A model generated the notes under the pieces. That model did no database searches, was not told the DNA's origin, and saw only the letters and a program-made list of their open reading frames with translations. The position numbers and the translations under genes are program-made. From an uncultured Candidatus Rokubacteria bacterium (GTDB lineage: Bacteria > Methylomirabilota > Methylomirabilia > Rokubacteriales > DASRDR01): a stretch of DNA of 64,000 nt. Of the stretch, positions 1 through 9,937 are shown piece after piece (position 1 is the stretch's first letter; each line of letters starts with the position of its first letter). The stretch is from NCBI GenBank assembly GCA_963826115.1, contig CAWGVS010000005.1, positions 544,001-608,000 on the forward strand, read 5' to 3'.

Positions 1-1
1 C

Positions 2-166
2 CTCGAGGCGTTCCGCGCGCACCTCGGGTACGCGCCGGTCTTCACGGCGCCGCTCCTCCGCGGCTACGCGCTCGCGGTCCTCTACGTGGTTGCCGGGTAC
101 GCGTGCTTTGCATGGTCCATCCAGCGGGCGAGGCGGACCGGCATGCTGCTGAGGCTGTCGGACTGA
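2..166 (+). CDS. 3' end of a membrane protein, probably an ABC-2 type permease (partial, runs off window start)
   Basis: Frame 2 reads LEAFRAHLGYAPVFTAPLLRGYALAVLYVVAGYACFAWSIQRARRTGMLLRLSD*: a hydrophobic helix then a basic tail. The stop overlaps the next start (TGATG). Confidence 0.5.
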   Translation, partial: LEAFRAHLGYAPVFTAPLLRGYALAVLYVVAGYACFAWSIQRARRTGMLLRLSD

Positions 167-561
167 TGCGGCGCCGGGCGGGAAGGGCACGGGCCGGCGC
201 CTTCCTCGTGATGCTGCTCGTGTGGTCGACGTTCGGCCCGGCGAGGACCCTCTCCGGCGCGACCTTCGTCCGCTACTCGGGACACGTCATGGAGGTCGAT
301 CTCAGCCGCGGGATCCTCGTCGTCGAGGAGCTCGGCCGGCGGGGCCAGGTGATCCGCCACGAGGTCCGTGTCGAGGCGGCCACGCCCTTGATCGCCGCGA
401 GCCGCCAGCGGGGTCGGGGCACGGCGTTCGGCGAGTTGCCGGTGTCGCTGGTCGACGTCCTGGTCGGGGACTTCGTGGTCGTCGAGGGCGAGGTCGAGGA
501 GGGCCAGGGCGAGACCCGCGCCCACCGGGTCACGATCGTGGAGACGCGCCGGCAGCCCTAG
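166..561 (+). CDS. Hypothetical exported small beta-rich protein
   Basis: ATG at 166 is coupled to the upstream TGA. Basic then hydrophobic signal peptide (MRRRAGRARAGAFLVMLLVWS), followed by Val-rich strands. Confidence 0.55.
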   Translation: MRRRAGRARAGAFLVMLLVWSTFGPARTLSGATFVRYSGHVMEVDLSRGILVVEELGRRGQVIRHEVRVEAATPLIAASRQRGRGTAFGELPVSLVDVLVGDFVVVEGEVEEGQGETRAHRVTIVETRRQP

Positions 562-2117
562 AGCGACTCCACGAAGCCGCCGATCTCCTCGACCTGGAGC
601 GCGGTGACGGCGATGGACGGCGCGTAGACGACCTCGTCTCCGCCCCACACCGTCGTGCCCTTGACCTCGCGGGTCACGCCTAGCACCCCCTCGAGCACGT
701 TCGTGATGTTGTCGCTGATTCGCACGGCGTTGGCCTTGAGCGGGACGGCGATGCGACCGTCGCGGATCAGGTACGAGTCGCCGACGACCGTGCAGGTGAA
801 GTCCCCGGCCTGGAGCCCGTTGATCGGATACGTGTACCAGATCCGCCCCACGTAGAGCCCGTCCCCGATCCGCCGGCAGAGCTCGTCGAGTGACACGCCG
901 TCCTGCCCCTCGACGAAGACGTTGGTTGCCGCGACGCCGGGAGGCGAGGCGAAGCTCCGTCCGCCGCCGGCGGCGAAGCGGAACCCGTTCCGGGCCACGA
1001 GCCCGCCCGCCGCCGCGGCCGGGTCGACGCCGAGCTTCGCGCGCGCCTGCGGGTCGCGGAGGAGGCGCTGCGCCTCGTACCAGTTGGTGAGGAGCCCGGT
1101 GAGGACGCCGCCGGTGACGAGGTCCGTTCGGCCCGTCGGGAGCCCCTCGCAGGTGATCCCCTTCGAGCCCGTGAAGCCGGCGAGCGCGCCGTGGTCGTAG
1201 ATCGAGAGGGCCGGCGCGGCGATCCGCTGGCCGAATCGGCCGAGGAAGGGCGTGGTCGACGAGTAGAAGCTGGAGGAGTGGAGCCCCGGGAGAACCAGGT
1301 TGTTCAGGATGTCCGTGACGGGCTGGGGGCCGAGCACGACCCGATAGCGGCCCGAGGGGATCCGCTCCCCCCCGAGGGCGCGGATCGCGGCGTGCGCCGC
1401 TTCCACACCCGCCTCGTCGGTGAAGTCGTCGAGGCGCGAGCCCGTGGACCAGCCGGACCCTTTCGCGTCCATCGCCTCCACCATGCCGGTGGTCGCGGCG
1501 GTGATGATGGTCGACTCGTCGGTCTGGACGTCCGGGAGGTGCGTGGACGCGATGGCGACCCGCTCCTGCACGATCGTGACGTCGCCGCCCAGGAGGAGCC
1601 CGAGCCGCCGGAGGCCCGCCTCGCTGTCCGCGAGCTCGCCGAGACGGCTCGAGGCCGTGAACGTGCGCAGCGCGCCGGCGACGATCCGCCATCCGGCCGC
1701 CACGAGGTCGCCGTCGTCGAGGTCGAGGAGCCGCGGGTCGTGGTAGTTGGCAAGCGTCCGCCGCTCCGGCCCGGGGCGGGGCAGGGAGACGAAGGCCGGG
1801 TCGTGGACCGCGCCCTGCCGCGCCTTCGCGAGGGCGCGCTCGACGCCGGCGCGCGACAGATCCGAGGGCTCGGCGCCGAAGCCGAGGCGCGGGCCGTCGG
1901 GCCCGCGGAAGACGACCTGGAGCCCGATCCCGTGGGACGAGGTCGACTTGGGCTCCTCGACGCCGTTCGAGGGAAGGTGGGAGGCGTAGGCCAGCCGCGC
2001 CAGCAGCTGGCCGTTGGCGGCGACGAAGGCCTCGGCCTCGAGGACGTCGGGCGCCGCGTGGAGGAAGTCGAGCGCCTCGCGCGCGGCGCGCGCCAGGTCG
2101 CCCGTCGTCGGTCCCAT
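558..2117 (-). CDS. pmbA: TldE/PmbA family protein
   Basis: TldD/PmbA-type C-terminal motifs (SSTTPFLGRFGQRIA, EGLPTGRT, NGFR, GDFT, IRDGRI), no HExxH. Adjacent to tldD. ATG at 2117. Confidence 0.8.
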   Translation of the reverse strand: MGPTTGDLARAAREALDFLHAAPDVLEAEAFVAANGQLLARLAYASHLPSNGVEEPKSTSSHGIGLQVVFRGPDGPRLGFGAEPSDLSRAGVERALAKARQGAVHDPAFVSLPRPGPERRTLANYHDPRLLDLDDGDLVAAGWRIVAGALRTFTASSRLGELADSEAGLRRLGLLLGGDVTIVQERVAIASTHLPDVQTDESTIITAATTGMVEAMDAKGSGWSTGSRLDDFTDEAGVEAAHAAIRALGGERIPSGRYRVVLGPQPVTDILNNLVLPGLHSSSFYSSTTPFLGRFGQRIAAPALSIYDHGALAGFTGSKGITCEGLPTGRTDLVTGGVLTGLLTNWYEAQRLLRDPQARAKLGVDPAAAAGGLVARNGFRFAAGGGRSFASPPGVAATNVFVEGQDGVSLDELCRRIGDGLYVGRIWYTYPINGLQAGDFTCTVVGDSYLIRDGRIAVPLKANAVRISDNITNVLEGVLGVTREVKGTTVWGGDEVVYAPSIAVTALQVEEIGGFVESL

Positions 2118-2253
2118 GGTCAATCGTCCCCCGGGGGAGCGGCGCTGCGCCGACCGACGGCCTTCGGCCTGTGGCCCCGGACCCTCGCACCGCGTCGATC
2201 TCGAGCGGCCGGCGCTTGACGACGGTTGGCCTTGATCATGAGCGCGTCCGGCC

Positions 2254-3822
2254 TCAGCTGCCGCCGGTGAGGCGGGCGCGGCTGCGCATCGTCGGGGCGC
2301 CGTTGCCGAGCCGCTTCGTCTGCATGGGCTGGCCCTTGCCGCAGTTCGGGATCGGATAGAGGTGGAAGTCGGTGCCGACCGCGTCGACGTTCATCAGGTA
2401 ATCGCGCGTGTCGGCGGTGATCCCCCCGTCCCGGTAGAGTCGCCCGAGCTCGCCGTTCCGGATCTCGTAGACCCGACGCGCGGAGATCCGGAAGTTCTCG
2501 CGGCTCTCGGCGATCGACGGGATGCGGTGGGCGGCCAGGTAGTAGCCGTGCTCGACGTCCCGGAGGATCTGCCGGGGGTCGTCCGTCCCTGCCGCGAACA
2601 CCGTGTTCGACATCCGGATCAGGGGTACCAGCGACGCCTCGGCCGCCTTGTAGTGGCCGTTCGGCTCGCTGCCGAAGACGGCCGCGGTCTGCCGGCTGTT
2701 GAGGAACCCGCGGAAGACGCCCCGGTCGATGTGCACGACGCGTCGCGCCGGCGTGCCGTCGTGGTCGTAGGCGTAGTGGCCGTAGCCGGGCAGGGCGGGG
2801 TCGGAGTACGCGGACACGAGAGGGGACGCGATGGGCCGCCCGACCTGCGTCTCGTCGAGGCCGCCGAAGAGCCACGAGCGCCCGGCGTAGGCCATCTCCA
2901 TCTTGAGCGCCCGGTCGAGCTCCGCGGGGTGGCCGACGATCTCGTGAGCGACCAGCGTGTTGTAGTGGGGGTCGGTCACGACCACGACGTCGCGGTCGGT
3001 CGAGGGGAGCGGCGGGGCGGCCGCCAGCTCGATCGCCTCACGCCCGAGGTCGAGGGCGAACGTGCGGAAGTCGGGGAGCTCCATGAAGGGCTCCCGGATG
3101 CCGTCGGTCAGCACCTCCCACCCGCGCTGATGGCCGGTCACGTCGTAGAGCTCCTGGCTCGACTGCGCCGTGGTGCCGACGACGTAGGCCATGCCCTGCG
3201 TCAGCGCGAAGGCCTGGTCGATCAACGCGCCCTCCGTCGAGCAGAACAGCTCCCGCGCGAGCTCGGTGTGGGTGGCCACCTGGCTGTAGGTAAGGCGGGG
3301 ATCGAGCGCCCGGAGCTCGCGCCCGATCTCCGTCGCCATCCGGACCACGTCCTCGAGAGGCAGCGCCCGGGGATCGACGCGGTACGCGGCCGGAACGACC
3401 TCGCGCGCCACCCGCACCTGTGCGAGACGCGTGTCGGCGAGGGCCGCTCCGAGGGCCGGGAACTTCTCGCGGGTCTCGGCCTTGGCTTCCCCGCTGGCCG
3501 CGGCGCGGCGGTGCGCGCGGGCGATCGCGTCGCGCAGGATCTCGAGGAGGCGCGGCACGTCGGCCGCGCCCAGGGTGCGCCCGACGTAGCCCGCCCCGAC
3601 CATGCGACGGCCGGCCAGGACGCGCACCCCGAACGCGCACGCGTAGTCGTCGCCCGAGAACTTGGGCTCGCCGTTCTCGACGCTCGCCACCTTGGCCTCG
3701 GTCACCTCGAGCCGCACGTCGGCGTGGACCAGGTCGGGCAGCGTGCGGGCCCAGCCCGCGCAGAGGTCGGCCACCGCGTCCTTGACGCCGTCGATCAGGT
3801 CGGTGGTGATCCCGTGGGCCAT
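2254..3822 (-). CDS. tldD: TldD metalloprotease
   Basis: HEIVGH zinc motif, YDHDG, RMSNT, C-terminal CGKGQ. Start MAHGITT at 3822. Confidence 0.85.
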   Translation of the reverse strand: MAHGITTDLIDGVKDAVADLCAGWARTLPDLVHADVRLEVTEAKVASVENGEPKFSGDDYACAFGVRVLAGRRMVGAGYVGRTLGAADVPRLLEILRDAIARAHRRAAASGEAKAETREKFPALGAALADTRLAQVRVAREVVPAAYRVDPRALPLEDVVRMATEIGRELRALDPRLTYSQVATHTELARELFCSTEGALIDQAFALTQGMAYVVGTTAQSSQELYDVTGHQRGWEVLTDGIREPFMELPDFRTFALDLGREAIELAAAPPLPSTDRDVVVVTDPHYNTLVAHEIVGHPAELDRALKMEMAYAGRSWLFGGLDETQVGRPIASPLVSAYSDPALPGYGHYAYDHDGTPARRVVHIDRGVFRGFLNSRQTAAVFGSEPNGHYKAAEASLVPLIRMSNTVFAAGTDDPRQILRDVEHGYYLAAHRIPSIAESRENFRISARRVYEIRNGELGRLYRDGGITADTRDYLMNVDAVGTDFHLYPIPNCGKGQPMQTKRLGNGAPTMRSRARLTGGS

Positions 3823-3827
3823 CGCGG

Positions 3828-5021
3828 TCAGAACGGCTCGACCAGGACGCGTTCGCCGACCATGACGTCGCCCCGGGTCTCCTCGAGAATGATGAGACAG
3901 TTGGCGGCGACCATCGAGGACAGGATGCCCGAGCCCTGCGGGCCCGTGGTCGAGACCTCGTAGCCCCGCTCCGTGAACCGGAGGATGCCGCGCTTGAACT
4001 CGCGGCGGCCCGTCTTCTTCCGCATCGCCTCGACGGTGGTCGCGGTCACGCACTCGGGATCGAGCCGGGCGCGGCCGCCGAGCTTCCAGAGGGCGGGCCG
4101 GACGAACAGGTGGAAGCAGAGGACCGAGGCGACGGGGTTGCCCGGGAGACCGAAGAAGAGGGTGCCGGCGACGCGCCCCGCCGCCAGCGGCCGGCCCGGC
4201 TGCATCGCCACCTGCCAGAAGTCGATGCGTCCGATGTCGCCCAGCACCTTCTTGACGAGGTCGTAGTCGCCAACCGAGACGCCGCCCGAGGTGAGGACCA
4301 CGTCCGCCGACTCCGCCGCGTGCAGGAGCCGCTCGCGGAGCCGCTCGCGCACGTCCGGCACGATCCCGAGGTCGAGGACGTCTGCGCCCGCCGCCTCGAC
4401 CATGCCGCCTAGCGAGAAGCGGTTCGCGTCGTAGATCTGGCCGGGGCGCCGCGCGCGGCCGGGCTCCACCACCTCGTCGCCGGTGGAGAGGAGGGCGACC
4501 CGCGGCCGCCGGTGGACGCGGATCTCCGGGAAGCCGAGCGACGCCACGAGGCCGAGGTCCTGCGGGCGGAGCACCGCGCCGGCCTCGAGCACGACCGTTC
4601 CGGCCCGAACGTCCTCGCCGCGGTCGCGCACGTTCGCGCCGCGATCCACCACGTCGACCTCGACCCACTCGCCCGCGCCTTCGGCGAGCTCCTGGGGCAC
4701 GACGGTGTCGGCTCCTCGCGGCATGGGCGCGCCCGTCATGATGCGGAGCGCCTCGCGCGGACCGATGCCGCCCTCGTATACGCCGCCGGCGGGGAGGTCC
4801 GCGACCACGCGCAGGCGCGCGCGGCCGCCGGGTGCGAGGTCCGCCGCCCGGACGGCGTAGCCGTCGACGGCGGAGTTGTCGGCGGGCGGGACGTCGAACG
4901 GCGCGGAGACGCTCTGCGACAGGATGCGCCCGAGCGCGCGCGCGACCGGGAGCGTCTCCTCCGGCGTCGCCCTTGCCACGTCGGCGAGGATGCGGACCCT
5001 GGCCTCCGCGACGGGAATCAT
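3828..5021 (-). CDS. moeA: Molybdopterin molybdenumtransferase MoeA
   Basis: SAVDGYA, RIMTGAPMP, STGDE, SGGVSVGDYD, QPGRP, GLPGNPVAS, QGSGILSS motifs. Start MIPVAEAR at 5021. Confidence 0.93.
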   Translation of the reverse strand: MIPVAEARVRILADVARATPEETLPVARALGRILSQSVSAPFDVPPADNSAVDGYAVRAADLAPGGRARLRVVADLPAGGVYEGGIGPREALRIMTGAPMPRGADTVVPQELAEGAGEWVEVDVVDRGANVRDRGEDVRAGTVVLEAGAVLRPQDLGLVASLGFPEIRVHRRPRVALLSTGDEVVEPGRARRPGQIYDANRFSLGGMVEAAGADVLDLGIVPDVRERLRERLLHAAESADVVLTSGGVSVGDYDLVKKVLGDIGRIDFWQVAMQPGRPLAAGRVAGTLFFGLPGNPVASVLCFHLFVRPALWKLGGRARLDPECVTATTVEAMRKKTGRREFKRGILRFTERGYEVSTTGPQGSGILSSMVAANCLIILEETRGDVMVGERVLVEPF

Positions 5022-5070
5022 GGCGGCGCCCGCTATTATACCGGGCGGTCTGCTATAGTGGCGGGCACCG

Positions 5071-5625
5071 ATGGACGACGCGCGCGAGTGGACCGCGACC
5101 GCGCCGCGAGCGGGCCCGGGCGCTCCCGCGGCGGTCCAGCCGGGCGACCCGTGGGGCGCGCCGGTGTGGGCCGCGGAGCCGCGCGTCGCCGTCACGCCCG
5201 ACCCGGCGATCGCCGTGCCCGGGGGAATCCTGCGGCGCGTCGCGGCGCTCGCGGTGGACCTGATCGTCGTGGCCATCCTGTGGACGATCGGGGCCCGCCT
5301 CGCGTCTGGGCTCATGAGCGCGGCGCCCCGTCTGGACCTGGTCGCCCAGGCCTTCGGGCGCACGTGGCAGCTGGTCGTGCCCGCCGCGTACTTCGTCCTC
5401 GGGCACGGGACCGCGGGACAGACGCTGGGCAAGCGCCTCTTCGGCGTCCGCGTGCTCGACGAGGAAGGCGCGCCGATCGGCTATCTCCGGGCCCTCGGGC
5501 GGTGCTTCGCCACCGTCGCGGCGGCGCTGCCGTTCCTGATCGGCCTCGCCATCGCGGCGTTCCGGGGCGATCGGCGCGGGCTCCACGACTTCCTGGCGGG
5601 GACCCGCGTGGTGCGCTCCCGGTGA
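5071..5625 (+). CDS. RDD family membrane protein
   Basis: RRVAALAVD, GQTLGKRLFGVRV and RRGLHDFLAGTRVV signature. Confidence 0.88.
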   Translation: MDDAREWTATAPRAGPGAPAAVQPGDPWGAPVWAAEPRVAVTPDPAIAVPGGILRRVAALAVDLIVVAILWTIGARLASGLMSAAPRLDLVAQAFGRTWQLVVPAAYFVLGHGTAGQTLGKRLFGVRVLDEEGAPIGYLRALGRCFATVAAALPFLIGLAIAAFRGDRRGLHDFLAGTRVVRSR

Positions 5626-5650
5626 TCCCGTCGGCGGAGGACTCGCGCCG

Positions 5651-6742
5651 GTGAGCGTCGACGTGCTCCGCGAGGCAGCGCGTCTGGTCGAGCGCGGCGA
5701 GATCGTGGGGCTGGCCACGCTGGTCGCGACGCGCGGCTCGACGCCTCAGAAGGTCGGGGCCCGGCTCATCGCCCGCGAGAACCGGCGGCTCGCGGGGACG
5801 CTCGGCGGCGGCGCCGTCGAGGCCGAGTCGATCGGTGAGGTGACGCGAGCTCTGGCGGGCGGCCCGCCCGGGGTCCGCGAGTACGCGCTGTCGAGCGGCA
5901 TCGACGACTGGGGCCTGGCGTGCGCCGGGACGATGATCGTGCTCGCGGAGCGGCTCGACCGGAGCGCGCTCGGATGGCTCGGGCGGGTGGTCGACGCGGC
6001 GGACGGCCAGGACGCCGTCGCGGTGGTCACGGCCCTCGACGGCGACGCGGCCGGTATGCGCCTCGTCGTGTCGGAGAGGGCGGCGGCCGGTGCCTTCGCG
6101 GACGCCGCGCTGACCGCGGCCGCCGTGGAGCTCGGCCGACGCGCGCTCGCCGAGGAGGCGTCGGAGCTTCTTGTGACGGGCGGCGGAAGGCTCTATGCCG
6201 AGCCGTTCGGTCCGCCGCCGTCGCTGGTCATCCTCGGGGCCGGGCACGTCGGGAAGGCCCTGGCGGGTCTCGCGCGCGCCCTCGGCGTCGCGGTCACGGT
6301 CGTCGACGACCGGCCGGAGTACGCGAGCCGCGAGCGGTTCCCGGAAGCCGACAAGGTCGTGGCGGCGCCGATCGCCGATGCGCTCGGCTGGCTTCCGATC
6401 GCTCCGGGCACGGCCATCGTGGTGGCGATGCGGAGCCATGATCTCGACTACGAGGCGACGGCCGCCGCGCTCCGGACGCCCGCGGGCTACGTCGGACTCC
6501 TGGGGGCGCGGCGGAAGGCCGTCATGTTCACGGAGCGCCTCGTGGCCGAGGGCATGCCGATCGAGCGGATCCGCGCGCTCCGGGCGCCGATCGGGCTCGA
6601 CATCGGAGCCCGCGCGCCCGCGGAGATCGCGGTCTCGATCCTGGCGGAATGGCTCATGGTGCGGCAGGGCGGCAGCGGGAGCCCGCTTCGCCTCGACGAC
6701 CAGCTCTTCGAGAAGGCCGCCGCGCGCGGCACGTCCACCTAG
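5651..6742 (+). CDS. XdhC/CoxF family Moco chaperone
   Basis: TLVATRGSTPQKVGA, GLACAGTM, LVILGAGHVG, YVGLLG, APIGLDIGARAPAEIAVSILAE. Confidence 0.9.
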   Translation: MSVDVLREAARLVERGEIVGLATLVATRGSTPQKVGARLIARENRRLAGTLGGGAVEAESIGEVTRALAGGPPGVREYALSSGIDDWGLACAGTMIVLAERLDRSALGWLGRVVDAADGQDAVAVVTALDGDAAGMRLVVSERAAAGAFADAALTAAAVELGRRALAEEASELLVTGGGRLYAEPFGPPPSLVILGAGHVGKALAGLARALGVAVTVVDDRPEYASRERFPEADKVVAAPIADALGWLPIAPGTAIVVAMRSHDLDYEATAAALRTPAGYVGLLGARRKAVMFTERLVAEGMPIERIRALRAPIGLDIGARAPAEIAVSILAEWLMVRQGGSGSPLRLDDQLFEKAAARGTST

Positions 6743-6777
6743 ATCCGGCCGCGCGCAGGTGTCTCGTCCGACTCCCG

Positions 6778-7410
6778 GTGGCGCTCCCGCTTCCGCTCCG
6801 CAATCGACTCGCCGAGCTGATCCTCGAGGCCTTCGAGCCGGGGGAGGGTCGCGCGACGCTGGTCGCCCTCGCGCGGGTGGCCGGCGCCGGGGAGTCGACG
6901 CTCGACGCCGCGGACGCCCGGCGTCTCCTCGACCTCGGCTGGTTCGACTCGCCGGCGCCGGGGCGCCTCCGATGGAAGCGCGCGTTCCAGGCGGACGCGG
7001 CGGCGGTCAGCGAGCGCGCCTCGCGCGGGGCGGCCGCCGTGCGCGACTGGCGGGATCCCGGCCCGCCCGGCATGGTGCCGCTCCTCGGCCGGGCGGCGGC
7101 GCTCGCGAACCGGGGCCTCTACTTCGAGGTCCACGAGCTCCTGGAGCCGGACTGGTTTCGCGCGGCAGAGCCCGAGCGGACGGCGCTCCAGGGGCTCATC
7201 CAGGTGGCGGTCGGGTTCCACCACCTGGAGAACGGCAATCGCGACGGCGGGCACTCGCTCCTGGCGCTCGGCGTGGCGAAGCTCTCCCAGGCGGGGTCGG
7301 CGCTGCCGCTCGACCTCGCGGGGTGGCTCCCGCGACTCCGCGAGGCCTTGGCCCAGGTGGCGAACGGCGGCAGCCCGCCGACACCGCCGCGCTGGCCGGC
7401 TCCGCCGTGA
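6778..7410 (+). CDS. DUF309 domain protein
   Basis: YFEVHELLEPDW...LQGLIQVAVGFHHLENGN signature. Start is uncertain (GTG 6778 chosen). Confidence 0.75.
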   Translation: MALPLPLRNRLAELILEAFEPGEGRATLVALARVAGAGESTLDAADARRLLDLGWFDSPAPGRLRWKRAFQADAAAVSERASRGAAAVRDWRDPGPPGMVPLLGRAAALANRGLYFEVHELLEPDWFRAAEPERTALQGLIQVAVGFHHLENGNRDGGHSLLALGVAKLSQAGSALPLDLAGWLPRLREALAQVANGGSPPTPPRWPAPP

Positions 7411-7453
7411 GCGCGGCGCAGGCTCGGGCCGCGCACGGATCCGAGGAGGCTCG

Positions 7454-8407
7454 ATGGCGCTCTTGCTGAACGAGTCCGAGGTCACGATGCTGCTCCCGAT
7501 GACGACGGCGCTCGAGGCCGTCGAGGAGGTGTTCCGCTGGCAGGGGGAGGGGAAGCTGACGAACCGGCCGAGGGTCCGGCTGGGTGTTCCCGGCGGTCTC
7601 CTTCACGTGATGCCGGCCGCGTTGCCCGAGGCGCGCGTCATGGGGCTCAAGGCGTACGCCACGGTCCGCGGCGGCGCCAAGTTCGTCGTGCTCCTCTTCT
7701 CGGTGGAGACGGGCTCGCTCCTGGCGGTCATCGAAGCCGACAAGCTCGGCCAGATGCGGACCGGCGCCGCGTCCGGCGTGGCGACGAGGCACCTCGCGCG
7801 GCCGGACGCGGACCGCGTCGGCTGCTACGGCACCGGCTGGCAGGCGCGTTCCCAGCTCGAAGCCGTGTGCGCGGTCCGGCGCGTGCGCGAGGTCCGCGTC
7901 TACGGGCGCGACCCGGAGCGCCGCGCGCGCTTCGCCGAGGAGATGACCCCGCTCCTCGGCGTGCCGGTGGTGGCCGTGGACCGGCCGGAGTCGGCGGCCC
8001 GCGATGCCTCCATCCTGGTGACGATCACCGGGTCGAAGACGCCGGTCCTCGAGGGACGGTGGATCGCACCGGGCGCCCACGTCAACGCGGCCGGCTCCAA
8101 CGCGCTCCAGCGGGCCGAGCTCGACGTCGAGGCCGTGCGCCGGGCCGGCCTCGTCGTGACCGACTCGCTCGAGCAGGCGCGGGTCGAGTGCGGCGACCTG
8201 GTGGCCGCTCTGGAGCAGGGCGTGATCCGCTGGGAGGACGTGCACGAGCTGGGCGAGGTGGTGGCGGGCCGGCGCCCGGGCCGGGAGAGCGCGGAGCAAA
8301 TCACCCTCTTCGAGTCGCAGGGCGTGGCGATGGAGGACGTCGCCGTCGCGGCGCGGCTCGTGGCCCGGGCGCGCGAGCGTCGCGTGGGCACGGAGATCCC
8401 GATCTGA
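7454..8407 (+). CDS. Ornithine cyclodeaminase / mu-crystallin (archaeal-type alanine dehydrogenase) family
   Basis: GQMRTGAASGVATRHLA, GTGWQA, HVNAAGS, ITLFESQGVAMEDVA. SD GAGGAGG. Confidence 0.88.
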   Translation: MALLLNESEVTMLLPMTTALEAVEEVFRWQGEGKLTNRPRVRLGVPGGLLHVMPAALPEARVMGLKAYATVRGGAKFVVLLFSVETGSLLAVIEADKLGQMRTGAASGVATRHLARPDADRVGCYGTGWQARSQLEAVCAVRRVREVRVYGRDPERRARFAEEMTPLLGVPVVAVDRPESAARDASILVTITGSKTPVLEGRWIAPGAHVNAAGSNALQRAELDVEAVRRAGLVVTDSLEQARVECGDLVAALEQGVIRWEDVHELGEVVAGRRPGRESAEQITLFESQGVAMEDVAVAARLVARARERRVGTEIPI

Positions 8408-8409
8408 CC

Positions 8410-9915
8410 ATGACGCAAGGCATGCCGGCGGGCGCGTTCGACGTGGTCGTGGTGGGCGGGGGCAACGCCGCGCTCTGCGCGGCGCTGGCGGCCCGGGAGT
8501 CCGGGGCCCGCGTCCTGGTCCTCGAGAAGGCGCCGCTCCACGAGCGGGGCGGTAACTCCTTCTTCACGGCGGGGGGCTTCCGCTTCACGCACACGGGGCT
8601 CGACGACCTTCGCCGGGATGTCCTCGTCGACGTCACCGACGAGGAGGCGGCGACGATCGACGTGCCGCCCTACACCGGGGGCCAGTTCCGCGACGACCTC
8701 ATGCGGCTGACGGAGGGGCTCAGCGACCCGGACATGGCGGACATCCTGATCGGGCGCTCGCGCTCCACCGTCGTGTGGATGCGGAGCCACGGCGTGCGGT
8801 GGATCCTCATGATGGCGCGACAGTCGTACCACGTGGGCGGCAAGCACCGCTTCTGGGGCGGACTCAACGTCGAGGCGGTCGGAGGCGGGCCGGGGCTGAT
8901 CCAGGCCCTCTACGAGGGTGCGGAGCGGCTCGGCGTCGACGTGCGCTACGGGACGAAGGCGTCGGGGCTGCTCCTGGACGGGCGTGGCGCGATCCGCGGC
9001 GTGGCCTGCCGCGGCGCGGACGGCTTCTTCGACGTGGAGACGCGAGCGGTGGTGCTCGCCTCGGGTGGGTTCGAGGCGAATCCCGAGTGGCGCACTCGCT
9101 ACCTCGGCCCGGGGTGGGAGCTGGCCCACGTTCGCGGCACGCGGCACAACACCGGGGAGGGGATCCGGATGGCGCTCGAGGCCGGCGCCCAGCCCTTCGG
9201 GAACTGGTCGGGCTGCCACGCGGTGGCGTGGGACGCGGGCTCGCCGCCCTTCGGCGATCGCCGGGTCGGCGACATGTTCCAGAAGCACTCGTACCCGCTG
9301 GGGATCATCGTCAACGTGCGGGGCGAGCGCTTCGTGGACGAGGGCGCCGACTTCCGGAACTACACCTACGCGAAGTACGGGCGCGAGATCCTTCGCCAGC
9401 CGCGGCGCCTGGCCTTCCAGATCTTCGACCAGAAGGTCGTGCCGATCCTGCGGGAGGAGTACCGCATTCGCGAGGTGACCAAGGGCGAGGCCGACACCGT
9501 CGAGGAGCTCGCGCGGCAGCTCGACATCGACGCGCCGGGCCTCGCCCGCACGGTGGCCGAGTTCAACGCGGCGGTGACCTCCGGCGCGTTCAACCCCGCG
9601 GTGCTCGACGGCAAGGGGACGCGCGGCATCGCGCCGCCCAAGTCCAACTGGGCCCAGGCCCTCGACGCGCCGCCGTTCGTGGGGTTCGCGGTCACCTGCG
9701 GCATCACCTTCACCTTCGGCGGTGTCCGCGTGACCCCGCGCGGCGAGGTCCTCGACACCGAGGACCGGGTGATGCCCGGCCTCTTCGCCGCCGGCGAGCT
9801 GGTCGGCGGACTCTTCTACGAGAACTACCCCGGGGGCACCGGGCTCATGGCCGGCGCGGCCTTCGGCCGGCTCGCCGGCGTGGAGGCCGGGGCGTACGTC
9901 GCGCGGGCCCGCTGA
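8410..9915 (+). CDS. tcuA: FAD-dependent tricarballylate dehydrogenase TcuA-like
   Basis: VVVGGGNAALCAAL, GGNSFFTAG, GGFEAN, KHSYPLGI, RNYTYAKYG, GITFTFGG, YPGGTGL. ATG at 8410. Confidence 0.8.
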   Translation: MTQGMPAGAFDVVVVGGGNAALCAALAARESGARVLVLEKAPLHERGGNSFFTAGGFRFTHTGLDDLRRDVLVDVTDEEAATIDVPPYTGGQFRDDLMRLTEGLSDPDMADILIGRSRSTVVWMRSHGVRWILMMARQSYHVGGKHRFWGGLNVEAVGGGPGLIQALYEGAERLGVDVRYGTKASGLLLDGRGAIRGVACRGADGFFDVETRAVVLASGGFEANPEWRTRYLGPGWELAHVRGTRHNTGEGIRMALEAGAQPFGNWSGCHAVAWDAGSPPFGDRRVGDMFQKHSYPLGIIVNVRGERFVDEGADFRNYTYAKYGREILRQPRRLAFQIFDQKVVPILREEYRIREVTKGEADTVEELARQLDIDAPGLARTVAEFNAAVTSGAFNPAVLDGKGTRGIAPPKSNWAQALDAPPFVGFAVTCGITFTFGGVRVTPRGEVLDTEDRVMPGLFAAGELVGGLFYENYPGGTGLMAGAAFGRLAGVEAGAYVARAR

Positions 9916-9937
9916 AGGCCCGGCAAGGAGGACGATC

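Noticed and set aside
2120-2239. 39-aa basic ORF between tldD and tldE as a RiPP-like TldDE substrate
   Set aside because: No SD, an Arg/Ala/Gly composition typical of GC-rich noise, and no modifying enzymes nearby.
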